Assembly: GCA_963827655.1 (NCBI GenBank)
Contig: CAWHCF010000050.1
Coordinates: 96,001-160,000 of the forward strand
Length of the DNA stretch: 64,000 bases
Source of the DNA: an uncultured Acidobacteriota bacterium
Lineage (GTDB): Bacteria; Acidobacteriota; UBA6911
Direction: 5' to 3'
Shown here one piece after another: positions 21,092 through 32,257 of this stretch. The notes under the pieces are model-generated. The model was not told the DNA's origin and ran no database searches. It worked only from the letters and a program-made list of their open reading frames with translations. The position numbers and the translations under genes are program-made. Position 1 is the stretch's first letter, and the number at the start of each line of letters is the position of its first letter.

Positions 21092-23620
21092 TCAGTCCAC
21101 ATAGAGAAATTCATTCAGGTTGAGCATCGCGTGACAGAAGTCGCGCAGTGCGGCCGCCTCCGGATGTTCGTGCCGGCGTTGAGTGTAGCGGTCGCCTTGA
21201 TTTTTCAGGAACTTCAGCGCCCAGTCAACCTCCTTGGGACTGGCCGGCCGGCTCAAAGCATGCTTGAACGCGCGTGTGATCTGCGCGCGCCGGTCGGCCC
21301 CTGCTTCCAGCTCGATGCGCCGGGCGAAATGGTTGGCCTGCTCCAGAGTCGATTCATTGTTGAGCATAGCGAGTGCCTGGGGCGCGACGGTTGAAACGCT
21401 GCGTGTTGGAGACGAAACCGTCGTGGCAGGGCAATCAAAGACTTCGATCAGCGGCAGGAGGACCGAACGCTTGACGAAAATGTAAACGCTGCGCCGCCAC
21501 TCTTTCGGCCCTTCTGTAACGTCGAGGGGCCATCTGGGCCGGGATCCGGTTGCGATTACCGATGAATCGATGCGCGGGTAAATCCCCGGACCACCCATTT
21601 GCAAATTGAGCTTCCCGCTCACGGCCAGGATGCTGTCGCGCAGGGTTTCGGCTTCCACCCGGCGCGGATTCATGCGCCAGAATAGCCGGTTCTCGTGATC
21701 CCGCGACGCGGCTTTCGGATCGAAGCGGCTTGACTGCCGGTAAGTGTTCGAGGTGAGGATCAGCCGATGCATCGCTTTCCAGCTCCAGCCCCGCGCGGTG
21801 AACTCGACCGCGAGCCAGTCCAGCAGCTCCGGGTGGCTTGGGCGATCACCCGTCGCTCCAAAGTCGCTCGGGGTGCGCACGAGGCCTTTGCCGAAATGGT
21901 ACTGCCAGATCCGATTCACGGCCACTCGGGGCGTCAGTGGATTAGCGGAGCTTGCGATCCAATCGGCCAGCTGTTTGCGCCGGTCCTCCAATGAGATGTC
22001 CGCTTCGCCGGCCAGGACCGCCGGGAAACCGGGACCCACGGCTTCGTCCTTTTGAGTAATGTCCCCGCGTAGCAATAGAAATGCCTGTTCCGGCTTCGCC
22101 TTGTCGGTGATCCCCATCGCAGCAGGAAGCGGCTGCGGCCGTGTCTGGTTGATCTTTCTGATTTCCTCCTGCAGCTCTTTGCGCGCTTTCTTCTCTTCGG
22201 GCGAAAGCAGCGCCTCGATCTCTTCGTCCTGAAGTTTGACGTCTTTGGCAAACCGCGTGGCAGTCGCCTGGCGGAACTGCTCCCGGTCAATCTGGCTCAG
22301 GGCTCCGCTTGATTCTGCCAGGCGAACGTGAAACTTCACTTTCTCGGCCAGGAGGTGTTCGCGATGCGGACCTTCGATGACGGCGATTTTCTCCCTGAAC
22401 GGCTTGACCAGTTCATCGAGCTCATTGTTGCGCGCTTTGAAGGCAGCCGCCTCGGATGCGCTCACGAGAAGGCGATCGGTTTTCTCGAAAGGGAAGAAGA
22501 TCGCCTGCATGCGATAGTAGTCCTTCTGCGGGATCGGGTCGTATTTGTGATCGTGACAGCGGGCGCACCCGACCGTCAGACCGAGAAAGACAGATGAGGT
22601 CGTGGTCACCATATCATCGAGTTCATCCGCGCGGGTCTGTTCGTTGGTGGCATTGTCGACGGTCGGCCCGTTGCGGCAGAAACCGGTCGCGATCAAAGCC
22701 GCAGGATCTGCGGGATTGAGCTGATCACCAGCCAATTGCTCGCGAATGAAACGATCGTAGGGCTTGTCTTCGTTGAACGACTGGATCACATAATCGCGGT
22801 AGCGCCACGCGTGCGGGCGATCGTAGTCGAATTCGTATCCGCCGCTGTCGGCATAACGGGCCAGGTCGAGCCAGTGGCGGCCCCAACGTTCACCGTAGCG
22901 GGGCGAGGCGAGAAGCCGATCAATGATCTTTCCGTAGGCCGCGTCGGATGGGTCGGCCAGGAATTGGTCCAGGTCTTCAGGCGAAGGCGGCAGCCCAATC
23001 AGATCCAGATAAATCCGGCGCAGCAATACCTGAGGTTCCGCAGGGGGCGCGAAGGCCAGGCCGTTGGCCTCGAGTCGCAGCAGAATAAAAGCGTCGATTT
23101 CATTCCGCACCGACGAACGGTTCTTGACCGCCGGAACTGCCGGGCGCACCGGCCTCTGGAATGACCAGAATTGCCTGTCGGTGCCGGTGATCGGAGAACC
23201 AGGTTGGCGTACCGGCATGGTCGTTTCTGATGCAGCGGCCAAATCCCTGGGCAGGCTTTCGATCCAGCGCGCGATTTCAGCCGTATCCGAATCGGGCAGT
23301 CTGGCCATCCCCATCGGCATGGCGGGTTCTTCCTGGTGAGTGATCAGCCGGTACAACAGGCTTCGGTCAAGATTGCCGGGGACAACCGCAGGCCCTCTTG
23401 CTCCGCCGCGCAGGATGGTAGGTTCACTACGCAGATCAAGACCGGAACGTTGGACAGAACCGCCGTGGCACATGACGCATTTCTGCTCGAGGATCGGCGC
23501 GACCCGCTTGAAGAGCTCCGCCGGACGTTCCGATTGCTGGGCCGCCAGGACGCAGGTTACCCCGAGAATAAGGATGGCGAGCGTCTTGCTGGCGCATTGT
23601 GCGAGGCTGGGTGTTCTCAT
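21092..23620 (-). CDS. DUF1549/DUF1553 protein with a cytochrome c domain
   Basis: [33 protein letters not shown]; start chosen at MRTPS (signal peptide). Confidence 0.9.
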   Translation of the reverse strand: MRTPSLAQCASKTLAILILGVTCVLAAQQSERPAELFKRVAPILEQKCVMCHGGSVQRSGLDLRSEPTILRGGARGPAVVPGNLDRSLLYRLITHQEEPAMPMGMARLPDSDTAEIARWIESLPRDLAAASETTMPVRQPGSPITGTDRQFWSFQRPVRPAVPAVKNRSSVRNEIDAFILLRLEANGLAFAPPAEPQVLLRRIYLDLIGLPPSPEDLDQFLADPSDAAYGKIIDRLLASPRYGERWGRHWLDLARYADSGGYEFDYDRPHAWRYRDYVIQSFNEDKPYDRFIREQLAGDQLNPADPAALIATGFCRNGPTVDNATNEQTRADELDDMVTTTSSVFLGLTVGCARCHDHKYDPIPQKDYYRMQAIFFPFEKTDRLLVSASEAAAFKARNNELDELVKPFREKIAVIEGPHREHLLAEKVKFHVRLAESSGALSQIDREQFRQATATRFAKDVKLQDEEIEALLSPEEKKARKELQEEIRKINQTRPQPLPAAMGITDKAKPEQAFLLLRGDITQKDEAVGPGFPAVLAGEADISLEDRRKQLADWIASSANPLTPRVAVNRIWQYHFGKGLVRTPSDFGATGDRPSHPELLDWLAVEFTARGWSWKAMHRLILTSNTYRQSSRFDPKAASRDHENRLFWRMNPRRVEAETLRDSILAVSGKLNLQMGGPGIYPRIDSSVIATGSRPRWPLDVTEGPKEWRRSVYIFVKRSVLLPLIEVFDCPATTVSSPTRSVSTVAPQALAMLNNESTLEQANHFARRIELEAGADRRAQITRAFKHALSRPASPKEVDWALKFLKNQGDRYTQRRHEHPEAAALRDFCHAMLNLNEFLYVD

Positions 23621-24201
23621 CCGAAAAGCCGGCCCTCTGAAAGGCTGGATTATCTTAGCTGAATTTGACCCTGCTCTCAAAAGGTTCGTTGCTTTTTCAG
23701 CGGCATTCTTGATGTTCTTCGTGTCAGGGTGACTGGAGCGTTTGCACCCACACCGAGTTTCCATTAGACGTTCCCGTCGCTGCGTAACTAAGAATGCCTC
23801 TGCCGTTTTTTGGGAAGCAAACCTCCGCGATTCAGACAACGGTAGTCAATAGCTCGCTCGTGAGGGCGTGCACTGAAAAATCTCGTAGTCCGAGGTCCGA
23901 ATGTCCGGCAGTGTCCGGCCGTTAGGCCGGGATGGCGAAGCAAGCGTAGCAGGCTATTGCTTATCCGGTTGTTTCACCTATCTGGCCATCGCCATCTTGC
24001 TAAATAGTGATGGCGAACAGCAAGCACCTCAGGAGTCCGGGGTCGAGCAGCTTCACTCTTCCGGCGGGCCTGAGCGGCGCTTTCGATCACACACCCCTCG
24101 AAGTCGGTGTCCTTGCTGTCAGTTGGCGATCCAGTGTACCTTTTCTTTGTAACACGCTTGTTTTATGAATCAGAAACCGGAAGTGGGAAGGAATGGGCTA
24201 A

Positions 24202-24375
24202 ATGATGAATCGAATTCAAGTCAACCCGGCCCAACAGCAGAAGAACGAATTAGCGATCGAACTGTTGGATGAATGGCTGGCAGATGAGTCTGGATACGAT
24301 GAACAGGTCTGGCCAACAGTAAAGAAGCTGCTCGAAGAGAATCGCCTATCCGACAGGAGTCGTTTTGGTGATTAG
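24202..24375 (+). CDS. 57-aa acidic small protein, antitoxin-like (absent from the ORF track)
   Basis: MMNRIQVNPAQQQKNELAIELLDEWLADESGYDEQVWPTVKKLLEENRLSDRSRFGD, translated by hand; GGAAGGA upstream. Confidence 0.55.
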   Translation: MMNRIQVNPAQQQKNELAIELLDEWLADESGYDEQVWPTVKKLLEENRLSDRSRFGD

Positions 24376-24506
24376 CCGTGTGCTTTGTATCACAATCCAA
24401 CGGCATAGCAGCATGTGTCTCCGCGAACGGGGAGAGGCGTGGGTCGGGCATAAAAAGTGTGAACGATACTCAGGCTACTGCCAGAGACCAAAGCGTAAGC
24501 TCGTCG

Positions 24507-27014
24507 TCAAAGCGGGCGAAGCAGTTCGAGCAGTTCCTGGCGCGTGAAGATCTTGTTCAGGTGGGGGTCATCGGCCTGGACCACAGAATCCATGAGATTC
24601 CGTTTCCGGGCGACGATGGCCGAGATCTTCTCCTCCAGGGTGCCCTCGGTAATCAGCTTGAACACTTGAACCGCGCTCCTCTGTCCGATCCGGTGCACGC
24701 GGTCGGTGGCCTGATCCTCGCGTGCCGCATTCCACCAGCGATCGTAATGAATGACAACCGAGCCTCCTACCAGGTCGATCCCCGCGCCGCCGGCCTTGAG
24801 ACTCCCCAGGAACACGCGACACGCAGGGTCATCGTTGAACCGGCGCACAATTTCGCCGCGGTCCACGCTTGCGCCGGTGAGCGTAGCGAACTCGACACCG
24901 AGCGCTGACAGCAGCCGCTCAATCATCGTGATCATCCCCAGGTACTGGCTGAAGACGACTACTTTGTGGCCGCTGTCCAGGCTTTCGAATAAGAGTTCCT
25001 GAAACAACTCCCATTTACCGGACTGATAGTCCTGATATTGCTCGATCTTATTCAGGGCGAGTGCCGGATGATCACAGATCCGCTTGAGGAGGTTGAGCAG
25101 AGCGAAGACGTGGATGTAAGGAAGCTGGCGGCCGACCGCTCGGATTTGCTCCGCCAGTTCCACGCCCTTCGTCGATATCGCCTCGCGGTAAAGCCCCACT
25201 TGCATCTCGCTCAATACGCAGGTGCGAAGGTCCTCAAACTTTTCGGGGAGTTCATCAAGCACCGCGCTCTTGAGCCGGCGCATCACGAAGGGCGCGATCA
25301 ACCTGCTCAACTCCGCGCTTGCCGGCCGCGCAGACTCTTCCGGCCCTTTCTCCAAGTACCGTGGCGCGAATTCATCGTCGCTGCCGAGGTAACCCGGCAG
25401 CACAAGGTCGAAGAGAGACTTCAGATCGCTCAGCGAGTTTTCGATCGGCGTCCCGGTCAGTCCGATCTTCATTCGGGCCGGAATGGCGCAGGCGGCCTGG
25501 TAGCTCAGCGTCTCGCGGTTTTTTAGATTCTGGATCTCGTCGAAGACCACCAGCGAGAAGGGGACCCGACCGAGCTGCGCCACATCGCTGCGCAGTATCC
25601 CGTACGAGGTCAGCAGCACGTTTGCGTTCTTCAAGACGGCATCCAATTGCCGCTGGCTGCCATGATAGGCGGCCGGCTTCAGTCCGGGCGCGTGTTCGCC
25701 GATCTTGTTCAGCCAGTGGCTGATGACAGTCGTGGGACAGATGACCAGGAAGGGGTCCTTCGCCTTTTGCTGCTCTAGCAGCCACACCATCAGCGCCAGG
25801 GCCTGGTGAGTTTTGCCGAGTCCCATGTCGTCGCACAGCAGGCCTGAAAGGCCGTTCTCATAGAGGAACCTCAACCAATCGACCCCCTTCACTTGGTAAG
25901 GCCGCAAGGCTGTCTTCATGCCTTTCAATCTGCCGGTGGGCGCGGCTGGAGCGAGAGCCAGCAGGCGGTTGACGATGTCCGATCGATTCTCCTCTTTCAC
26001 CCGAACGGGCTTTCCTCCTGAGGCCATCAGCCGCAAGACGTCGAGGGCCGATAGGCGGACTTTCTCGCCGGTGACCGCTAGATCCTCGCTGAAGGCGTCA
26101 AGCGCGCCAAATGCCGGCGAATTCACATCGACCCACCCTCGTCCGAGGGGAAGATAAGACCGTCCCTCGCGCCTCGCTTCCAGGATATCTGCCAGCGAGA
26201 CTGAATCGCTTCCGAATCCATAGTGGATCGAGAGCCAGTACCAGCTCCGCTCGACCGCACCCGGGACAATCTCCACGTGGTCGTACTCGCGCAACACCGA
26301 AAGATGACGCAGCGGATCGTCCAACACAAGCAGGCCTTCCGCGATCTCGCTCCGGTGCTCGTCGAGAAACGCGGGGAGACGGCTTTTTTCAAGCCGCATG
26401 GAGATCGGAGTCGTAAAGTTTCTTCCGCAACCCGGCTTTGCCAGGTCGGCCAGCGATGTTATATCGCGCAGATAGACCAGGTTGCCGTAATGGAATTTGG
26501 CAAATTCCTTCCCCTCGAAAAACTTCACCTCTCCTGAGGACTGCAGCGCCTGGATAACCGGGCGGACTTCGAGATCCAGCTCGGTTTTTTCAGAGACGAG
26601 GAAAATGGACCTGAGCGGGACAGGGTGGATCGCCAGATCGGACTGCTTCGGGAACTCGGCCGATAGCAGCGCAAGTACCTTCCTGACTTGCCTGCGGGGG
26701 ACAGCCAGCTTCAAGAGAGGCTCGGAGTTGCTGGAAACGCACTCGAGGATGAAGTCGCCGCTGCTCTCCTCAATCGCCGGGTGGAAGATGCAATCGTTGC
26801 CGTACTCGCGGAAGCAGTGATAGGCGAGCCTCCCCCAGAAGCTCTGCTCCGCTGCCTGGCGGCGCGTGAGGCTACCGGCCTCATTGATCCTTTTCTCTTC
26901 GTCGCTCTGCAGGCAGCGGGTGATTCGTTCAATGAGATCCGACCGATCCTGGAAGCGACTTGGCTGCGGCAGCTTTCCTGCCCGCTGGACGAAGGGCAGG
27001 GAGGCCAGCTTAAT
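24507..27014 (-). CDS. SNF2/SWI2-family helicase; true start uncertain
   Basis: DDMGLGKT, DEIQ, TGTPIEN, QATDRVHRIGQ. The frame stays open about 300 bp upstream of 26714 with no ATG/GTG/TTG; possible frameshift from the ATG at 27051. Confidence 0.88.
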   Translation of the reverse strand: MKLASLPFVQRAGKLPQPSRFQDRSDLIERITRCLQSDEEKRINEAGSLTRRQAAEQSFWGRLAYHCFREYGNDCIFHPAIEESSGDFILECVSSNSEPLLKLAVPRRQVRKVLALLSAEFPKQSDLAIHPVPLRSIFLVSEKTELDLEVRPVIQALQSSGEVKFFEGKEFAKFHYGNLVYLRDITSLADLAKPGCGRNFTTPISMRLEKSRLPAFLDEHRSEIAEGLLVLDDPLRHLSVLREYDHVEIVPGAVERSWYWLSIHYGFGSDSVSLADILEARREGRSYLPLGRGWVDVNSPAFGALDAFSEDLAVTGEKVRLSALDVLRLMASGGKPVRVKEENRSDIVNRLLALAPAAPTGRLKGMKTALRPYQVKGVDWLRFLYENGLSGLLCDDMGLGKTHQALALMVWLLEQQKAKDPFLVICPTTVISHWLNKIGEHAPGLKPAAYHGSQRQLDAVLKNANVLLTSYGILRSDVAQLGRVPFSLVVFDEIQNLKNRETLSYQAACAIPARMKIGLTGTPIENSLSDLKSLFDLVLPGYLGSDDEFAPRYLEKGPEESARPASAELSRLIAPFVMRRLKSAVLDELPEKFEDLRTCVLSEMQVGLYREAISTKGVELAEQIRAVGRQLPYIHVFALLNLLKRICDHPALALNKIEQYQDYQSGKWELFQELLFESLDSGHKVVVFSQYLGMITMIERLLSALGVEFATLTGASVDRGEIVRRFNDDPACRVFLGSLKAGGAGIDLVGGSVVIHYDRWWNAAREDQATDRVHRIGQRSAVQVFKLITEGTLEEKISAIVARKRNLMDSVVQADDPHLNKIFTRQELLELLRPL

Positions 27015-27160
27015 TCAAGACACGACGGCGAGCGGATCCTGCGGTGGGCATATTGCTCAGCCGGGCTCTGCAGGATTATAGTAGCCTGGCAAAAGCCGAC
27101 GACTAACGACGTACCACCGTCAGGATGACAACTGGATACACATCAAGAGGGAAAACCGAC

Positions 27161-27862
27161 ATGAAAAATATGTTAGCTGTCCTGGCCGCGATACTGCTGA
27201 GCTCGTCGTATGTGGGGCTCGGGCAAGCGGGAGCACAACAACAGACTCAACCCATGGGTTTCTTCATCACCAGCGTTGGTCCGGGGAATGGAGCCGATCT
27301 TGGTGGTCTGGCAGGCGCCGATAAGCACTGCCAGTCGCTTGCCCAGGCTGCGGGAGCCGGCGGTCGAACGTGGCGGGCTTACCTCAGCACCAACGCTTCC
27401 GGCGGTCAGCCGGCGGTGAACGCCCGCGATCGCATTGGCAATGGTCCCTGGCACAATGCGAAGGGAGCCATCATCGCTCAAAATGTAGCCGATCTGCACG
27501 GGGACGTTCAACGCGACCGTAACAGCATTAACAAGGAATTCGCGCTTAACGAAAAGGGCCAGCCGGTCAACGGCCGAGGCGATCAGCCCAACCAGCATGA
27601 TATCCTGACCGGGTCGGACTCACTCGGCAATGCATTGCGGGGTGATCCAATCAATACCACCTGCTCCAACTGGACGAGCAGCGCTGCCAACACCGGGGCT
27701 CAAGGCCAGCCGGCCTCGAGTAGCGCGATGGTAGGCCATCATGATCGCGCCGGCGGTGGCAACTCGTCGTGGAATGCGGCGCACCCAAGCAGAGGTTGCA
27801 GTCAGGCGAATCTGGTGGCCACGGGCGGCGCCGGCTTGTTCTACTGCTTCGCCACTAATTGA
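27161..27862 (+). CDS. Secreted endostatin/C-type-lectin-like fold protein
   Basis: Signal peptide; GGLAGADKHCQSLA, WRAYLS, ARDRIG, TCSNWTS, LFYCFA. Confidence 0.75.
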   Translation: MKNMLAVLAAILLSSSYVGLGQAGAQQQTQPMGFFITSVGPGNGADLGGLAGADKHCQSLAQAAGAGGRTWRAYLSTNASGGQPAVNARDRIGNGPWHNAKGAIIAQNVADLHGDVQRDRNSINKEFALNEKGQPVNGRGDQPNQHDILTGSDSLGNALRGDPINTTCSNWTSSAANTGAQGQPASSSAMVGHHDRAGGGNSSWNAAHPSRGCSQANLVATGGAGLFYCFATN

Positions 27863-28015
27863 GACCGCGTGAGCCTCGAGATGCCCAGGAGCTTCCGGTG
27901 GGCGGTTGAAATGATCCGGAGGGTTCTGGATTGCGATAGCGAACTGGCGTCGCGGGCCGCGCTTCGCCCATCAACAATGGCGTGTCGCCGGATCGCTGGA
28001 GTGTAACAGCCGAAT

Positions 28016-28090
28016 TGGAGCAAGCGAAGCAAGCTTCGGCACTCCAAGGGCGCGCCTTTGGAGTGCGCGAGCTTGCTTGCGCCTTGTGCC
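28016..28090. repeat. GGAGTGCG/GCACTCC REP-like repeat cluster
   Basis: GCAAGCTTCGGCACTCCAA and TTGGAGTGCGCGAGCTTGC; related copies near 4953, 28765, 32063, 34061. Confidence 0.6.
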
Positions 28091-28225
28091 GCGGCAGCTT
28101 GCTGCCCGCCCGCGAAATGGCCAGTCTGCAGGCCGAAGCCAAAGGGATCCCGGTTAATTGAAGGCGTTCGCCGAATTTTTTCACAGCTTCTCAGCGTCAG
28201 GGCGGGGTCATCAAGATCTCGCTGA

Positions 28226-28302
28226 CACGAGGCCCAAACGCCGGCACTCCGGCTGTGTCTCACCTTCGGCGCTTCTTAACCGCACGTCCAATCCCGGCCT
28301 TA
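28226..28302 (-). repeat. Multi-hairpin repeat, copy of 39189-39279, interrupted by MITE-B
   Basis: CACGAGG..CCGGCACTCCGGCTGTGT.CACCTTCGGCGCT..GCACGTC.AATCCCGGCCTTA shared in reverse orientation. Confidence 0.75.
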
Positions 28303-28725
28303 GAAGATGTGAAAAAATTGATCTGTGGCGCGGGTCATCAGACCCGCGCGTTGCGGGCAACTAAGTTCGTACGCGTGCTTTAGATCTCTTTAACGCGATC
28401 CTAATGAATAAGTGGCAGATCGGCTGACGTGAAATGCACGGGTCTAATGAGACTGTTGCAAAGCTCGCCCGGTTCATGTGCGGACGGGCTATCAAGCCCG
28501 TCCGCTCCCGACGGGGCACTACTGAACTTCTAAGGCTTAAGGCATAGCGATTACGTTAGACTTGCGACGGGCCATTGGCTCGTCGCCACAGCGGTGCTCA
28601 AATGAATGTCTGAGCCACACTACCAGGGGAATCGTGAGTTTTGCGACGGTCTCTAATGGCCCGCGCCACAAAAGCCAAAGGCGGCCGGTTGATCGAGAGT
28701 CTTCGCTGAATTTTTTCATAGCTTC
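28303..28725 (+). mobile_element. MITE-B (423 bp including nested MITE-A), about 17-bp TIRs, TNA flanks
   Basis: GAAGATGTGAAAAAATT...AATTTTTTCATAGCTTC; TTA left and TGA right; extra orphan right end at 28174-28190. Confidence 0.7.
28449..28653 (+). mobile_element. MITE-A (205 bp), TAAT target duplication, nested in MITE-B
   Basis: GAGACTGTTGCAAAGCTC...GAGTTTTGCGACGGTCTC; TAAT at 28445-28448 and 28654-28657. Confidence 0.85.
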
Positions 28726-28889
28726 TGAGGCCGGGGATGGCGAAGCAAGCTTCGCCAAATTGAGGCGGTAGCAAGCTACCGCACTCCAAGTTCGCGCCTT
28801 ACTCCAAATCATGGAACTCTCAACTTTGTCGTCTCGGCTTGTCCCCGGCAGGGGCGGCTCATGCGCTATACTGTGTGGCGGAGGTCCTC

Positions 28890-30980
28890 ATGAGAATTTC
28901 ATCATCGATGCGCGTGCTGTTCACCGCCTTGCTTGCGATCGCTCCTTTTACTGTTCGCGGCGACGAGGGGATGTGGACGTTCCACAATCCACCGGCCCAG
29001 CAGCTGAAGGAACGTTACGGGTTCAACCTGACCCCGGAATGGCTCGATCAAGTGCGTCTTTCCAGCGTTCGTTTCAACGACGGGGGTTCCGGCTCCTTCG
29101 TAAGCCCGCACGGCCTGGTCCTGACCAACCACCATGTGGCGTTCGGGCAATTGCAGAAGATGTCCACGCCCGAGAAGAACTATGTCCATGATGGCTTCTA
29201 CGCCCGGACCCGCGGGGAGGAGATCAAGTCTCCCGACCTCGAGCTCAACGTCCTGGTCTCGATGGAGGACGTGACTGCGCGCGTTCAGGGCGTGGTCACG
29301 AAACAGATGGCCGACGCCGAGGCCCTGAAGGCAAGGAAGGCGGAGATCGCGAAGATCCAGAAGGAAAGTCTCGATTCCACCGGACTGCGCTCCGACGTGG
29401 TTTCGCTGTACGGCGGCGGCGAGTACTGGCTCTACCGTTACAAGAAGTACACCGATGTACGGCTGGTCTTCGCGCCGGAACAGCAGATTGCCTTCTTCGG
29501 CGGGGACGCCGACAATTTCACCTACCCGCGCTATTGTCTGGATATGGCGCTCTTCCGCGTCTACGAGAACGGCAATCCGGTGGAAAGCAAGCGCTACCTG
29601 AAATGGAACGCCGCCGGCGTCAATGCGGGTGATCTGGTCTTCGTATCCGGCCATCCAGGCTCGACGGAGCGGCTGAAGACCGCCGAGGAGCTCGAGGCTC
29701 AACGCGATCACCACCTCCCGATGATCATGCGAATGCTCAATCGGCGCCTGAACGTCTTGAAGCAATATGGCGCGCGCGGACCCGAACAGGCGCGCCAGGC
29801 CGCGAACCAGTTGTTCTCGATCGAGAACGCGCTGAAGGCTATGAAGGGAGAACACGATGGGCTGCTGAACAAGGGGCTCATGGAGAAGAAGAGGAAGGAA
29901 GACTCCGAATTCCGGGGTCTGGTCTCGAAGAATCAGGAACTCGAGGGCCGTTACGGCAGCGCGTGGGAAGACCTCCGGCTTGCCCAGAAACGGGAGCTGG
30001 AGCGTGCCAAGGAGATGCGCTTCCGAACGCTGCGCGGTTCACGCCTGGCCCCCATGGCCCTCTCGATTGTCCTCTACGTCGAGGAGGTTGGGAAACCTGA
30101 TGGCGAAAGGCTCGAGGGATTTCACGAGTCCGAGCTCGAATCGCTCCGGTTCCGTCTTCTCTCGCCGGCGCCGCTCTATCCCGATCTGGAGATCGCGCTT
30201 CTGGCTGACAGCCTTCAGGAATCGCTCGAGCAACTCGGTCCCGACGACGCCTTCGTCAAGGCTGCCCTTCAAGGGCGCGCTCCGGCCGACGTGGCCAGAG
30301 AGGTAATCGAGGGGACGAAGCTTACCGATCCGGCGTTCCGGAAGAAGCTGATCGAGCAGGGGAAAGCGGCCGTCGCCGAATCGAAGGACCCGGCCGTCGC
30401 GCTGGCCCGCAGGGTCGAACCCGCTGTGCGCGAGATCCGCAAGTGGCACGAGACCCAGGTGGAAAGCCTCACAACCTCGGCGGGCGAAAAACTGGGCAAG
30501 GCGCGGTTTGCAGTCTACGGCAGATCGATCTACCCCGAGGCCACGTTTACGCTGCGGCTGGCATTCGGAACGGTCAAGGGTTATCCGATGAACGGAACCA
30601 TGGCGCCGCCGAAGACGACTTTCTTCGGGCTTTACGACCGGGCGCGCAGCTTCGATCTGAAGCCGCCCTTTGAACTGCCCGAGCGGTACGGCAAGAAGCG
30701 CGAGCGCCTGGACCTGTCCACTGCGTTCAACTTCGTCAGCACGGCGGACATAATCGGAGGCAACTCCGGGTCGCCGGTCATCAATCGGGCGGGCGAAGTC
30801 GTCGGGCTGATTTTCGACGGCAACATGGAAAGCCTGGTAGGGAACTATATTTACTACGAGGAGACGAATCGCGCGATCGCCGTTGACACTGCCGGCATGA
30901 CCGAGGCCCTGAGAAAGTTGTATGGAGCCGACGCGCTGGTGAATGAACTGGCGGGCGAATCCCCGCAAGCTTCGCCGTAG
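28890..30980 (+). CDS. S46 family dipeptidyl peptidase
   Basis: Signal peptide + DEGMW, TNHH, DNFTYP, TLRLAFG, IIGGNSGSP, FDGN. Confidence 0.93.
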   Translation: MRISSSMRVLFTALLAIAPFTVRGDEGMWTFHNPPAQQLKERYGFNLTPEWLDQVRLSSVRFNDGGSGSFVSPHGLVLTNHHVAFGQLQKMSTPEKNYVHDGFYARTRGEEIKSPDLELNVLVSMEDVTARVQGVVTKQMADAEALKARKAEIAKIQKESLDSTGLRSDVVSLYGGGEYWLYRYKKYTDVRLVFAPEQQIAFFGGDADNFTYPRYCLDMALFRVYENGNPVESKRYLKWNAAGVNAGDLVFVSGHPGSTERLKTAEELEAQRDHHLPMIMRMLNRRLNVLKQYGARGPEQARQAANQLFSIENALKAMKGEHDGLLNKGLMEKKRKEDSEFRGLVSKNQELEGRYGSAWEDLRLAQKRELERAKEMRFRTLRGSRLAPMALSIVLYVEEVGKPDGERLEGFHESELESLRFRLLSPAPLYPDLEIALLADSLQESLEQLGPDDAFVKAALQGRAPADVAREVIEGTKLTDPAFRKKLIEQGKAAVAESKDPAVALARRVEPAVREIRKWHETQVESLTTSAGEKLGKARFAVYGRSIYPEATFTLRLAFGTVKGYPMNGTMAPPKTTFFGLYDRARSFDLKPPFELPERYGKKRERLDLSTAFNFVSTADIIGGNSGSPVINRAGEVVGLIFDGNMESLVGNYIYYEETNRAIAVDTAGMTEALRKLYGADALVNELAGESPQASP

Positions 30981-31040
30981 TTGCTTGTGTTTCTTCAGTG
31001 GTCAGAACTGCGGAACAAATACCACAAAGACGCGAAGACA

Positions 31041-31900
31041 CTATTTCACGAATGTTCCCAGGCGGAGATCCAGCAGCGCCTGCTTGATCTCCTCTTCCGT
31101 GTTCATCACGAACGGACCATAGCGCGCAATCGGCTCATGCAGAGGCTTGCCGGAAACCAGCAGAAAGCGAACGCCGCGCTCCGTCGCGCGAACCTGCACT
31201 GAATCCCCGTCGCCAAACACGACCAGTCTGGGCTGGGTAACGGCGCTTCCTGCTTCCGGTCTGTAACACCGAAGATTCCCCCTCCCTCGTAGACGTAGGC
31301 AAAGGCCGTGTGTCCCTGCGGGATCGGATGAGCGAAGGAAACTTCCGCAGGCATTGAAATATCCAGGTAGGTCGGGTCTAACGCGATTTCGCTGACCGGA
31401 CCGTGCGCATCGCCGACCATCCCCGCGATCACTTTGATCTTCACCCCGTCCTTGGCGCTTACTTCTGGAATCTTCCCGGCGGCGTATTCCTGATAGCGCG
31501 GACGGGTCATCTTGAGCCTGGCCGGCAGGTTGACCCACAACTGAAACCCATTCAGTCGTCCTCCGCGCACCTGGGGCATTTCTTCATGCATGATCCCGCT
31601 CCCGGCGGTCATCCATTGAACATCGCCGGCGCCGATGCTGCCCGAATGCCCGATAGAATCCCGGTGATTCACGACGCCCGACAGCATGTAGGTCACGGTC
31701 TCTATGCCGCGGTGAGGATGCATCGGAAATCCCGCGATATAGTCGTCGGGGTTGTCTGAACCGAAATGGTCGAACAACAAGAACGGGTCCAGGTAATTCA
31801 GCGACCGCGTGGCTATGCTTCGTTTCAGCTTCACACCCGCGCCCTCGACTGTAGGCTCGGGATTCACGATTCGCTGCACGTTCCTGGGTTGTAATTCCAT
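31041..31900 (-). CDS. Pirin family protein, frameshift near 31255
   Basis: DPFLLFDHF, HPHRGIETVTY, MTAGSGIMHEE, QLWVNLP; EPIARYGPFVMN in another frame. Confidence 0.9.
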
Positions 31901-32152
31901 ATTCCCTCCCGCATCGTGGCAATGCCTCAACTAAGGGTCAAAATACTGGCGAGAGATTGGCGAAGTCAAACAAAGAAAGGACGCCACGGTTCTCCGCGAC
32001 AACTTCACATTCTGGCGCGAGAGTTGGTGGTCAGTTTTTTGAATCGGATTTTCCGTTTGCCTTGGAGTGCGGCAGCTTGCTGAGCTTGCTACCGCCCCCA
32101 AGGCGCAAGTAAGTTCTTAACCTTACAAGCATCTCATCGGTCTCGGCGATTT

Positions 32153-32239
32153 CGCCCCGGAGGGGGCGACGGAAATTAGCCCCGTGGCAAGCGAAGCGCA
32201 GCCCGGGGTTAGGGGTTTATAGTTTGTGCGCCCTGAAGG
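32153..32239. repeat. Left half of the REP/REPIN-like multi-hairpin element hosting the IS110
   Basis: CGCCCCGGAGGGGGCG, GGAAATTAGCC, GCAAGCGAAGCGC; inverted counterparts at 33904-34022. Confidence 0.75.
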
Positions 32240-32251
32240 TCCTGTGTTGTG

Positions 32252-32257
32252 AGTCAA
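32252..32257 (-). promoter_or_regulatory. -35 box (TTGACT) of the IS110 circle-junction promoter
   Basis: Overlaps the transposase TGA; lies 17 bp from TATGAT (33893-33898) once the ends are joined. Confidence 0.8.

Noticed and set aside
21092-23839. Extended N-termini in the ORF track (e.g. 23839, 49284, 52234, 52550, 45429)
   Set aside because: Extensions run through intergenic repeats or neighbouring genes; downstream starts have an RBS, a signal peptide or translational coupling
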